From NCBI GenBank assembly GCA_951406725.2, contig OX597823.1, positions 37,386,001 through 37,450,000 of the forward strand: a DNA stretch of 64,000 nucleotides. Reading direction: 5' to 3'. Source of the stretch: Octopus vulgaris (taxonomy: Eukaryota). Made by a program: the position numbers and the translations under genes. The notes beneath the pieces were generated by a model that worked only from the letters and a program-made list of their open reading frames with translations, was not told where the DNA came from and did not search any database. Below, piece after piece: positions 1-10,393 of this stretch. The number at the start of each line of letters is the position of its first letter. Position 1 is the first letter of the stretch.

Positions 1-386
1 TAAAAGTAAGGTTGTGTGCTGTCTGTCTCCTACGATTTAGATTCCTAACTACTCCCACATTTTGCGGTGCAGTTTAACCAAAACCGGGTATCTTATAGTC
101 GTGATTCCTATCGAGCCCTTCTGGGTATTAGCACGCGTCTACGATGAGTCTACGATTTAAAAAAAAATTACCATCAATTTTTCCCATTTTTAATGCATTT
201 TTGGCATATATAAGGGAAGTAACTCTCTAAAAATTTATTATTAAATCTCAGAACGTAAAAAGCTACAGTAACACCCCCCCCTTTGTGGTTAGCCATATTG
301 AGATGGCTATTATACTTTACATCTCTAAAAATGCTTATATAGTTATTGCCCTTACAAACCCGAACAACGCCGGGCGATACTGCTAG
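1..386 (+). mobile_element. Non-autonomous Helitron-like element (5' end at or just before window start)
   Basis: 3' end has a CCCG-aacaacgc-CGGG hairpin (359-374), then CTAG (383-386) followed by T. This is the typical Helitron terminus. A short gtct-type repeat lies near the 5' end. Confidence 0.6.
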
Positions 387-391
387 TAATT

Positions 392-429
<38 letters not shown>

Positions 430-475
430 TAGAAAGAGAGAGAGGGAGGGAGAGAGAGAGAAAGAGAGAGAGAGA

Positions 476-836
476 GGCAATTACAAGGAAAAATAAATTA
501 GATATATTAAATATAAGAGTTTTGGTATGAAATCCAAAATACTTATAAAGGTATAAATGCAAAACGAGAGGAAGCAAAGAGTGGAGACGTTCAGATTATG
601 AATATTTCAGTATAAATATATAGATATTTATATCAATATATCCAACTTACACATAGTGCAAACGACAGAGAAAATTAAATATGAAAATATATACTTATAC
701 TTAAATAGTCATCGTTTGGAAGTCTCCGCTTTTTGCTTTCTCTCGTTTTGCATTAATTCATATATGCATATTTTGGATTTCGTACCGAAACAGTTATATC
801 TAATATATCTAATTTGTTTATCCGTATAATTGCTCC
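476..836. repeat. Imperfect inverted repeat, ~145-bp arms (476-620 / 690-836), probably a PLE terminal remnant
   Basis: gcaattacaaggaaaaataaattagatatatt...gcaaaacgagaggaagcaaagagtggagac matches the reverse complement of gtctccgctttttgctttctctcgttttgc...atatatctaatttgtttatccgtataattgc. Confidence 0.8.
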
Positions 837-945
837 CATATCCGTTCAACTTGATCCCCTGTAAACACATCGAAGTCTAAGTTTGAATGATATGCGCACT
901 ACCAAGTGTCTTCTATACTGAGAATCCCTGGATCTCATCTGTTGA

Positions 946-978
<33 letters not shown>

Positions 979-979
<1 letters not shown>

Positions 980-1128
980 ATAATAAAAGGGTAAAATTAA
1001 TTAATTGTTAATTAATTTTACCAAGTAGTGTTCAGTATGTAAAAAGACCATTTACGGTATATTAAACATTACGTTATATAATTAGGGCGGTAAAGTAAAT
1101 TATTTTACTGAACCCTAATTATATAACG

Positions 1129-1188
<60 letters not shown>

Positions 1189-1312
1189 AAAGGGTAAAAT
1201 TAATAATTGTTAATTAATATACCAAGTAGTGTTCAGTATGTAAAAAGACCATTTACGGTATATTAAAATTAGTTATATAATTAGGGCGGTAAGTGAACCT
1301 AATTATATAACG

Positions 1313-1316
<4 letters not shown>
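979..1316. repeat. Direct duplication of a ~140-150-bp palindrome-rich unit separated by (TA)n
   Basis: taataaaagggtaaaattaa...ccaagtagtgttcagtatgtaaaaagaccatttacggtatattaaa...aattatataacgtaat occurs at ~981-1132 and ~1184-1316. Confidence 0.85.
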
Positions 1317-1351
<35 letters not shown>

Positions 1352-1358
<7 letters not shown>

Positions 1359-2806
1359 GTAATAATGACCAATAGTTTCGCATCCACGAAGGCTGTAGCC
1401 TCGCAGACGACTCATCAGACTCAAGCCCGAACACAAATCTGACCCCACACCTCTGGGAGGCAGAAATCTGTTACGGTCATTGGGCGACTGGTAATCAGAG
1501 AAATAGTCCGGCATTAATGAGAACGGGCTATTTCCCTTCGACCAACAATTTATGGACCTGGAGATGAGAATAAGGGATTTATCCCTTGGGCTGCCATTGG
1601 ATCGTTAGGACTCTTCCATGCTTAGTCAGCGAACGGGGAATTCCATGCTTGCAGCGGGTAGCGCTTGAAATGGATGCACGGCGAGTATTCAGCGACCCAG
1701 GTCTCAAGAAGTCTTTAAGCATCTTAGCTCGCTCAGCTATACAGAGCTTGCAATGTACGCTCCCGTTAATGGAGGATGCAGGCCGTTCTAAGCTCCTCCA
1801 CTCGATATCGTATGGGGTCTCTTCATCTTCGAGGCATCAGCCATGGCTGGCCGGGGATATGATGAATCGTCTTTCTGGGATCTTGAAGGAGGACCTGTAG
1901 TTGTACAAGCGTTGCGTGAATGCTGTACCAGCTGATCCAATGTATTTCCAGGCTTGGGTGTTGGTTGTGTTCGCATTACTGGTGCATCTCCGGCCGGCTT
2001 CGGGCCTGAGGGATGTCGTTATTACCACCTGTGTTGTTGAGGTTGTCGTCACTGCTGTTATCATAACGACGTACAGGTTCGGCGATGCGGTTGTGGCTGC
2101 TTTCGCTGTGGTTGTCATCATTGTTGTGGTGGTCGTTCCTGGCCGTAGAGTTGGCGCTATTGTTGCCGGTGGTAAAATGGGCGCTGTTGGTGATGTGGAT
2201 ACCGTCGATGGTAATGTTGAGTGTGAGGCCGATGGCTTCACTGGTGCTGCTGGTGTCGGCATGGTCATCTTCTCCGGCTGTAGGATTTGTATAGGCGTCG
2301 GTGACGAGAGTGCTGGTGTTTCTACCGCTGTTGCTGTCTCAGATGTCGTCAATGTTGTTTGATGATCCATTGCTGCTATTACTTTAGTCGCCAGACTTGG
2401 ATATGACTCTCTCGGCCTCGCATTGACTTCCCAGGGGAAAGTCATTGTAAACCCTGCAAAAACAATCAGCTCCTTCCCGTGTTTTATGGGTGTTAGCTAA
2501 TATACTTTTTATGTTGGGTGCACAACTAAAGAAGACCCTTAAGTTGTACCTATTGAATAAATGACTGTATCTGTGTGTCTGCGTGAAGTGTTTGTCTATC
2601 AACCTGAGAAATATCTTTTCTACACAAGTCTTGACGTTGAGTGAAAAGAGTAGGGCAAACCAAACCACGGTTCGGAGGCGCTTCTTTTTGTGGGTACTAG
2701 GGCCTGGCATGTAGGAGATGCTGTCCTTAAACCCGCTGGACGCCAGTACCTCGTTGTAGTAGGAGGCGGCGGTGTCGAAAATATCTTGATTAGAGGAAAG
2801 AGGCTT
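1352..2806 (-). mobile_element. Penelope-like retroelement (Naiad-type), 5'-truncated copy 1: RT C-terminal region, CxC..CPxxGxC linker, split GIY-YIG, 3' UTR with hammerhead
   Basis: Translations LSSNQDIFDTAASYYNEVLASSGF, VVWFALLFSLNVKT..IFLRLIDKHF..LFNRYNLRVFFSCAPN, CFCR..FPLGSQC, WKYIGSAGTAFTQRLYNYRSSF and CKLCIAER..LNTR match Naiad/Chlamys-clade PLE motifs. Stops and frameshifts are present. Confidence 0.85.
1361..1424 (-). ncRNA. Type I hammerhead ribozyme (core intact, stem I 3' strand largely deleted)
   Basis: Minus strand reads ttgagt-CTGATGA-G-tcgtctgcgaggctacagccttcgtggatg-C-GAAAC-tattg-GTC-att. Confidence 0.75.
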
Positions 2807-3480
2807 CATACTGATCTACTTGTATTTTGTGCACTTACGTACACGGTATGTTTCGGTCTTTGGATCGAGTCATCATTAAAGATACAAAAGCAGTGTACCA
2901 TTCACTTCTTTTTGTAAGTTTTTATCCTCTACAACACACATGTCATGCCTGTCAATTGCTAGGAATCTAGAAAGGGGATAATGCAGCAATTATTATGCAA
3001 CAGGTAACGTTTTATTTTTTCACCGGTTTTATTAAACCGATCACAAATCAGTATTAATACATCTCTTGTCTATATAAAGCGAAACTCAGCGGAATGTTTC
3101 TCTTACCTCTTTTTGCTCGACCTGGTAACCAGAACGATAGAGAGCTTCCACTTCGCTCTTTCTCAGCCAGAATTCAGCAGAGCAGTCTCTCAGAATGGTA
3201 TCAGCCCGTTACTCTTATTTTTAGTTTGTCTCAGTCTTAATTGCAAAACATGCTTAAGCTCAGTGAGGTTTTATTAACGTAGTTATTTGAAACGTGTCAG
3301 CCAGTTCAAATGTGGGCTTTATAAACTTTGGAAGAACATGAGCTGTTTAACGAGTTTGAAATATAGTACCACTTGGACCAATAAATGTCTAATTAGTGTG
3401 TATACATAAATACAAACATACAAATATATGCGCACGCACACACATACACACACGTATACTATACATACATATATATATCT

Positions 3481-3594
<114 letters not shown>

Positions 3595-3847
3595 GCCTGC
3601 ACATACATTCACACATAATTAATTGTTATCTTCTGACGTCTTTATTTTTCTATAATTTGAAATATACGTTAGATTAGAATTTCAAAATTATTTACTTTTA
3701 TTCCTCCAGGGCCGATAAAATAGTGGGATGCGGTAGCTTAGTTCAAATCAACTGATTTACATTTTATATATATTCTATTACTTCCTCATCCTCATTTCTT
3801 TCTCTTCTCACCCACGACACGGTCACTTGCGCGCGCGCACACACGTT

Positions 3848-3913
<66 letters not shown>

Positions 3914-3917
3914 CACT

Positions 3918-3952
<35 letters not shown>

Positions 3953-4285
3953 GTTAATATATCATTATAATTATTTTCAAATTGAGTCAAGGACCGAGGG
4001 TGATAAAAGATAAATTTGTGATGTTTTCTAAAACTTTTCCCCGAAGTACTATTTAGTGAAGCAAGCGAAGCGATACCAACAGGGAATCGAAACCGAGACG
4101 TCGGTCCTGCTTTTGCAAATAAATTGGTACATGAAAAATCCCCAATTTATTTGTCATAATAAAATCAAGGTTATTTATGTGGTTGCACTGATATCCAGAA
4201 ACAACAGTCAGTTCTCCCTCAAATTCCAGCCTACCGGTTTAAAAATGGAACACCACACTAGAGTATGTAGTCCTAAATTCATTAA

Positions 4286-4318
<33 letters not shown>

Positions 4319-4321
4319 ATG

Positions 4322-5731
4322 TTCGTCATCAGTGTATCATATATCCGATAAAGAAGCACATTCTAAAGTATAGAGCAGTAACATATTAAAGCAATAAAGT
4401 TAATGTCTGGTCATAGAATGACCAATAGTTTCGCATTCACGAAGGCTGTAGCCTCGCGGATGACTAATCAGACTCTAACCCGAACACAAATCTAACCCCA
4501 CACCTCTGGTAGGCAGAAATCTGTTACGGTCATAGGTCGATTGGTAATTAGAGAATAAAACGTCTGGCGTTAGTGAGAACGGGCTATTTTCCTAGACCAG
4601 CTATTGGATCGTTAGGACTCTTCCGGGCTTAATCGGCGAACGGGGAACTCCATGCTTGCAGCAGGTAGCGCTTGAAATGGATGCATAGTGTAAAGATTTC
4701 TTGGCGAGTATTCAGCGACCCAGGTCTCAAGGAATCTTTGAGTATCCTAGCTCGCTCGGCTATGTAAAGCTTTCAGCGTACGCTCCCGTTGATGTAGGGT
4801 CCCGTCGTTCTAAGACCTTCCTCTTGATATCGTATGGGGTCTCTTCATCTTTGGGACATTATACATAGCTGGTCAATGATGTGACGAATCTTCTTTCAGG
4901 GATCGTGAAGGGGGACCTGTAGTTGTACAAGCGTAGCTGGCTGCCGTACCAAATGATCCAATGTATTTCCAGGCTTGGGTAATGGTTGTTTTCACATTAC
5001 TGGTGCATCTCCAGTGTTGTTGAGGTTGCCGTCACTGCTGTTATCATGACGATGCGCGGGTCTGGCGATGCGGTTGTGGCTGCTGCCACTGTGATTACCA
5101 TCGTTGTGGTGGTCGTCCTTGGCCGTAGGTTGGGCGCTATTGTCGCCGGCGGTGATGTGGGTGCCGTTGGTGATGTGGGTACCGTCGATGGTAATGTTGA
5201 GTGTGAAGCCGGTAACTTCACTGGTGCTGCTGGTGTCGGCATGGTCATCTTCTCCCGCTGTAGGGTTAGTATTGGGGTCGTTGACATTAGTGCTGGTGTT
5301 TCTACTGCTGTTGCTGCCTCCGATGCTGTCGATGTTGTTTGATGATCCGTTGCTGCTATTACTGTAGTCGCTAGGCCTGGATATTCCCACAGCTTCATCG
5401 ATGATTCCCTCGGCCTCGCATTGACTTCCCACTGGACAGTCATTTTACATCCTGAAAGGGCAACCCGTCCCGTCCCGTGTTTTATGGGTGTTAGCTAATA
5501 TACTTTTCATGTTGGGTGCACAACTAAAGAAGACCCTTAGGCTGTGCTTGTTGAATAATTGTATGTATCTGTGTGTCTGCGTGAAGTGTTTGTCTATTAA
5601 TCTGAGAAATATCCTTTTTACACGTCTTGACGTTGAGTGAAAAGAGTAGGGCAAACCAAACCACGTTTCGGAGGCGCTTCCTCTTATGGGTGCAAGAGCC
5701 TGGCATGTAGGAGATGCTGTCCTTTAACCCG
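4322..5731 (-). mobile_element. Naiad-type PLE copy 2, sense-orientation 3' part (same family as 1352-2806)
   Basis: Colinear similarity to 1352-2735. Encodes RNVVWFALLFSLNVKT, CPVGSQCEAEGIIDEAV, a low-complexity insert, WKYIGS and NTRQEIFTLCIHFKRYLL. Confidence 0.85.
4414..4477 (-). ncRNA. Type I hammerhead ribozyme (stem I intact, core G8>U)
   Basis: Minus strand reads TAGAGT-CTGATTA-G-tcatccgcgaggctacagccttcgtgaatg-C-GAAAC-tattg-GTC-ATTCTA; TAGAGT pairs with ATTCTA. Confidence 0.75.
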
Positions 5732-6555
5732 CCTGATCAATTTGGCCAAATCCGAGATCGGCCAGGCGAGCAAGTATATACTGAGGAAGATTAATGACGA
5801 CATAGGGAGAGCTTCCAGCCTCTCTTTCTATGACGCAGCAGCAAGGAGGTGACCTCATGGCTTAATGCCAACTGGAAGAGGGGCAGAGCAAGGTTCACAC
5901 ACTTCGGCATTGTCGACTTTTACCCGTCGATATCGAAAGGGTTGCTGATCAAAGCACTTACCTTTGCTAAGGGCTTCACAGACATTAGCGATGGAAATAT
6001 ATATTTCCTTACTACCCACAAGGGGCTAAACACAGAGGGGACAAACAAGGACAGACAAAGGGATTAAGTCGATTATATCGACCCCAGTGTTTCACTGGTA
6101 CTTAATTTATCGACCCCGAAAGGATGAAAGGAAATATAGACGTTATTATGCATGCCAAGAAGACAGTGCTGTTCATTAAAGATTCGACGTGGTTCTCTCG
6201 ATGTGGCAATAAGAGCCTACGAAAGCGCCAACGTATGTGATTTAATTGGACTATACATCCTGGATACTTTAGGGAAATTCGGTTCAGTCCTCTTTGGTCT
6301 TTACAGAAATGCCGCTCTAGCTACCTCTAGAGAAGCCAATGGGCACACACTCAATACGCTTAGAAAGGACCTGATTAGCGCTCTAAGCTCCACTGGACTC
6401 AAAATTACTATCGTGACGAATCTCACCACCGTAGACTTCCTAGATGTCACTCTAGACTTGGACTCTTGTACACACAGGCCTTATCCCAAGCCAAACGAGA
6501 AATTGTCCGATATCAACACAGCCTCCTATCACACTCCTATCGTCTTCAAGAATTG
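5729..6555 (+). mobile_element. Naiad-type PLE reverse-transcriptase segment, inverted relative to the adjacent 3' part
   Basis: RLINLAKSEIGQASKYIL, FGIVDFYPSISKGLL, DVIMHAKKTVLF, LDVAIRAYESANVCDLIGLYIL, GLYRNAAL (decayed YRDD), GLKITIVTNLTTVDFLDVTLDL, PYPKPN..SYHTP. Confidence 0.85.
6002..6129 (-). mobile_element. 5'-truncated SINE inserted in the PLE RT with a 9-bp target-site duplication
   Basis: ggaaatata at 5993-6001 and 6130-6138. Removing the insert restores DISDGNI-DVIMHAKK. The insert matches the 3' half of the short SINE family (e.g. 38515-38728). Confidence 0.85.
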
Positions 6556-7022
6556 TCTATGTATCTGTATGCGTCTATGAGTCCTCTGTGTGTGTGTGAG
6601 AGAGAGTGAAAGAGAGGGAGAGAGAGAGAGAGAGAGAGAGAGATAGTCTGTGAGAGGGTCTGTATTTAATTGTTTATGTATCTGTATGTGTCTGAGTCCT
6701 GTGTGTGTGAACGAGAGAGATGGATGCAGTCTGTATAAGAGCTGTTAACCTTGGTGAGTATTCAGAAACAGCGTAAAGTTTAAACCTGGCGATGTTGATG
6801 TGTACGTATTGTTGAAGTCGACGGTGGTGGTGGCGACGGTGGAGAAAGGCGATGTTGAGATTAAGGCCACGGTGGAGAAAGGTCTTGAGATGCTGCTGTG
6901 GTGTTGGTGTCGTCGCTGGAACATGGCTGAGTCGCTCGAACTGGCTTTCTGTCGCTGGATGCTCTATGGTCAATGGTGTAGGACCAAAGACCAGCGATTC
7001 AATGGATCGCTGGGTTTTATAA

Positions 7023-7767
7023 CAGAACCTTTTTTTCCATGAAGTTCCCTTCTCAGTTGTGGTTGAGCGTTTTCCCTTTTACCAAACCACTGTTTACGAC
7101 GTTTAACATTTCGATAGAAGATCCATTCACCAGTCACAAGTCTATCCAAAAAGGGTGAAATGAGTTCACGAAAATGGGGAGAAGAGCAGATGTCAACTCG
7201 GGATTTGCAGTTGCTTTCGAACAATTCATGAGGTACCCATTTTCTAAGTTTAGGAACCTTTCCAAGTTGTTGAAGATGACAATGAACAGTTGTATGGTTT
7301 GAACTAAGCTTTACTGCCAATTCTTCAACTGATAATGCAGGATTTTCTTCAAGTAATGCCTCAAGGAGCTTATCATCAAACTCAACTGGACGTTCCGTTC
7401 GATCTTCATCTTCAAGGCTGAAATCTCCACTTCTGAATTTTGCAGACCATCTTCTGCAAGTTCTTTCATTCAAGCATTCTTTCCCATAAACTGAGTGTAT
7501 GTTTCGAGTCGCTTCGGCTGCAGAGTTTCCTTTTTTGTACTCATAAAGCATTATGTGCCTCAAATGCTCTTTGGATACTTCCATGTTAGAAAGGGTTTTA
7601 ATGAAAGAAATTTTAATTCTATTATTCTGTAAAATAATACTTAATTAGTTTAAATGTACACAAATGCATAAAAATAATTTTTAATTCCATTAGACATTCT
7701 AAAATACTATTAAATGTCATTGAGTTTTAAAAAAGGTAAAATCGGACAGAACTTATTGGATGATCTT
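7023..7767 (-). mobile_element. Mariner element, 3'-truncated (5' TIR plus N-terminal transposase)
   Basis: ORF MEVSKEHLRHIMLYEYKKG..WVPHEL. The TIR atcggacagaacttattggatgatctt (7741-7767) matches the full-length copy at 56273-57549. Confidence 0.92.
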
Positions 7768-7768
7768 C

Positions 7769-7919
7769 GCTGTGTGGTAAGTAGCTTGCTAACCAACCAC
7801 ATGGTTCCGGGTTCAGTCCCACTGCGTGGCATCTTGGGCAAGTGTCTTCTGCTATAGCCCCGGGCCGACCAATGCCTTGTGAGTGGATTTGGTAGACGGA
7901 AACTGAAAGAAGCCTGTCG

Positions 7920-7958
<39 letters not shown>

Positions 7959-7961
7959 ATG

Positions 7962-7998
<37 letters not shown>

Positions 7999-8228
7999 CT
8001 GTGTTTGTCCCCCTAGCATTGCTTGACAACCGATGCTGGTGTGTTTACGTCCCCGTTACTTAGCGGTTCGGCAAAAAAAGAGACCGATAGAATAAGTACT
8101 GGGCTTTCAAAGAATAAGTCCCGGGGTTGATTTGCTCGACTAAAGGCGGTGCTCCAGCATGGCCGCAGTCAAATGACTGAAACAAGTAAAAGAGTATAAA
8201 GAGTAAAAGAGAAAAGAGTAAAAGAGTA
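7769..8228 (+). mobile_element. Long tRNA-derived SINE with internal (TA)n(TG)n and (gtaaaaga)n tail
   Basis: A/B-box-like tgtgtggtaagtagc...ggttcagtccc, then cttgggcaagtgtc. Family copies at 44101-44516, 50745-51165 and 52576-52915. Confidence 0.85.
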
Positions 8229-8325
8229 TATATATATATATAATGTATGTATGTATGTATGTATACAGATATATGCATATATATATACATACATACATAC
8301 ATATGTGTGTGTCTTTGTGTGTAAA

Positions 8326-8480
8326 GGCGCGTGGCTTAGTGGTTATGGCTCGATTCTCGGACCGGACAACGCGTTGTATTCTTGGAAAAAAACACTTCAT
8401 TTCATTTAACGTTGCTTCAGTCCAATCACCTGTAAATAGATAACCCTGCGACGGAATAGCCTTCCGATCAGGGGAAGATC
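8326..8480 (+). mobile_element. Degenerate tRNA-SINE with a V/Meta-SINE-like central motif
   Basis: Head ggcgcgtggcttagtggtta and motif aaccctgcgacggaatagccttccgatcagggg; related copy at ~45050-45280. Confidence 0.45.
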
Positions 8481-9005
8481 CTAGAAAGAGATTCTAGAAG
8501 ATTGGATCACGTTTTGGCTTGATGCTGATCGGCTCCTTTAATAGATCGATCTCGTGAAATTATTGTGGTTCGAGCGTGATGCCTGACCGGTTACCTAACA
8601 GTTTGACTTCGAATCATCGCTACAATATAATCAGAAAAGGCCGTTGATTAACTCCGTTATCACTCAAAGTTTCCACGAATTGCAAAAGGATGAATGAAAG
8701 GAATTAGTATTGTTCAGTAAGGGGCACTGCCCAAATCGGTTTCATTGATATACTGGAAGCATTTAGCACTTAAGTGGGTGAGGTTTGAAGTCACATAATT
8801 TAATACAAGGGAATCTTGGCTATTTGGACCATGGATAGGAATTTCTCTGATTTGTGATATCAACTATTACTTTCAGACACACACACACACATTCATACAT
8901 GTATACACACATAAATATATATTTCACAAAATTATTTGCCTTACGTTTCACGATTCCTTTTTGTACATCCTATTGGCCGTTGTATATTCTGGTTGAGAGC
9001 AGGCT

Positions 9006-9061
<56 letters not shown>

Positions 9062-10191
9062 GTTCCTCCCACTGTTTTCTACACAGGAACTGTGTATGAA
9101 GTCATAGAAATAACTTTATGAAGGAGTGAACTGTCAATGATTGGCTCTTCAACCGAATACATATCTATTTAATCTAACAATCTATTCCGTTTTACAATAC
9201 TTACATTTACATTTACATCGACCAACAAGTCTATAAGTATATATGTATGTGATTTTGCATGTCCATAACTATATATATATCTTTGTGTGTATATGCGAAT
9301 TTATTGTTAAGTGGGGAAGGGTTTATAAGCACACAAACTGTGAACGTTAACTGAACACAAAATAAATCACCGCAAGCGTTGAGTCACATATTTTTAATAA
9401 TCTTATTGAAAAAGTGACTTCGCAGTTTCGTCAACGGTCGGTATCTGAAAAAAGTTCAACCACTGGTGAAACTTGAGTGTTTGTATGTTTGTACAAACAT
9501 ACATACATACATAACATAACATAACATAACATAACAATATAACATAACATAGCATATAGAATCCTCGTACGCATATCCACAAATACACTTATATTTAATA
9601 ACCTTTGCATACTTATACCACAAGTGTGGCTTAAGTACTTATTTTTTGGCACGTCGAAATATAAACAGATGCGTTGAGTGTGTATGTACATATGAGTACA
9701 TGTATATACATGATGAACTGTGCGTGTGTTTCTGTGTGTATTTGTGTGTGCTTGTTAAATTGTGTGTGTTGAAGTGTATGAGTATGTATGATGCATATGT
9801 ATGTATATCTGTATTTCTATCTGATTCTAGGTGTATGTCTATATGTATGTGTTGAAGTGTGGTGAGGCATATGAGTGTATACGTATGTGTGTATGCGAGT
9901 GTGATGAAGTTTACGCGTGTATGTGTGTGTGTGTGTGTGTTGAAGTGGATGGCGTCTTTGATTTTATTTTATTTGCCATTATTGGAGAAATACGCTCAAG
10001 ATTATAATCGATTCATTTGATCATCGACTTTTTATTGATCGTTATCTCATCTATCGTCATCTCATCTATCGTTGAAAGTCGAAAAGCAAATTGAACCTTC
10101 TCTAATATCTAATCTCAGAAGAATCTAGTTTTCTACTGCAATTTAACCATTTGCACCAACCATCTCCTTCACATCCTCTAAAATTTGCGTA

Positions 10192-10393
10192 ACAAGGTGC
10201 GGCAAAAAAACCTCTTATTCACCATTTTCTTTTATAAACGTTTCAACAGTAAACGCTTGGAAAGCACCGGTCGCGGCCATGATGGCAACTAAAAGGATAT
10301 TGCTAAAACATTAGCAACATGAAGACATCGTTACAATCTGCCAAACTTCACTAATAGCTATGTAAAATATGGGAGATTTTTCTGCCGCACTCT
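10192..10393. mobile_element. ~200-bp Tc1/mariner-type MITE
   Basis: Terminal inverted repeats ggtgcggcaaaaaaacctc / gagatttttctgccgcact. Confidence 0.6.

Noticed and set aside
1837-2445. Thr/Pro-rich mucin-like ORF and antisense Val/Gly-rich ORFs (also 4986-5443)
   Set aside because: These are alternative frames of the PLE low-complexity insert, not host genes.
4773-4775. In-frame TGA at the first Cys of the PLE CxxC motif (possible selenocysteine, as reported for some Naiad elements)
   Set aside because: Copy 1 has TGC here. Copy 2 has other stops and has lost the second Cys. I see no convincing SECIS in the 3' UTR, so ordinary decay is the simpler explanation.
7769-7830. tRNA gene
   Set aside because: The A/B-box-like head belongs to a SINE and there is no complete cloverleaf.
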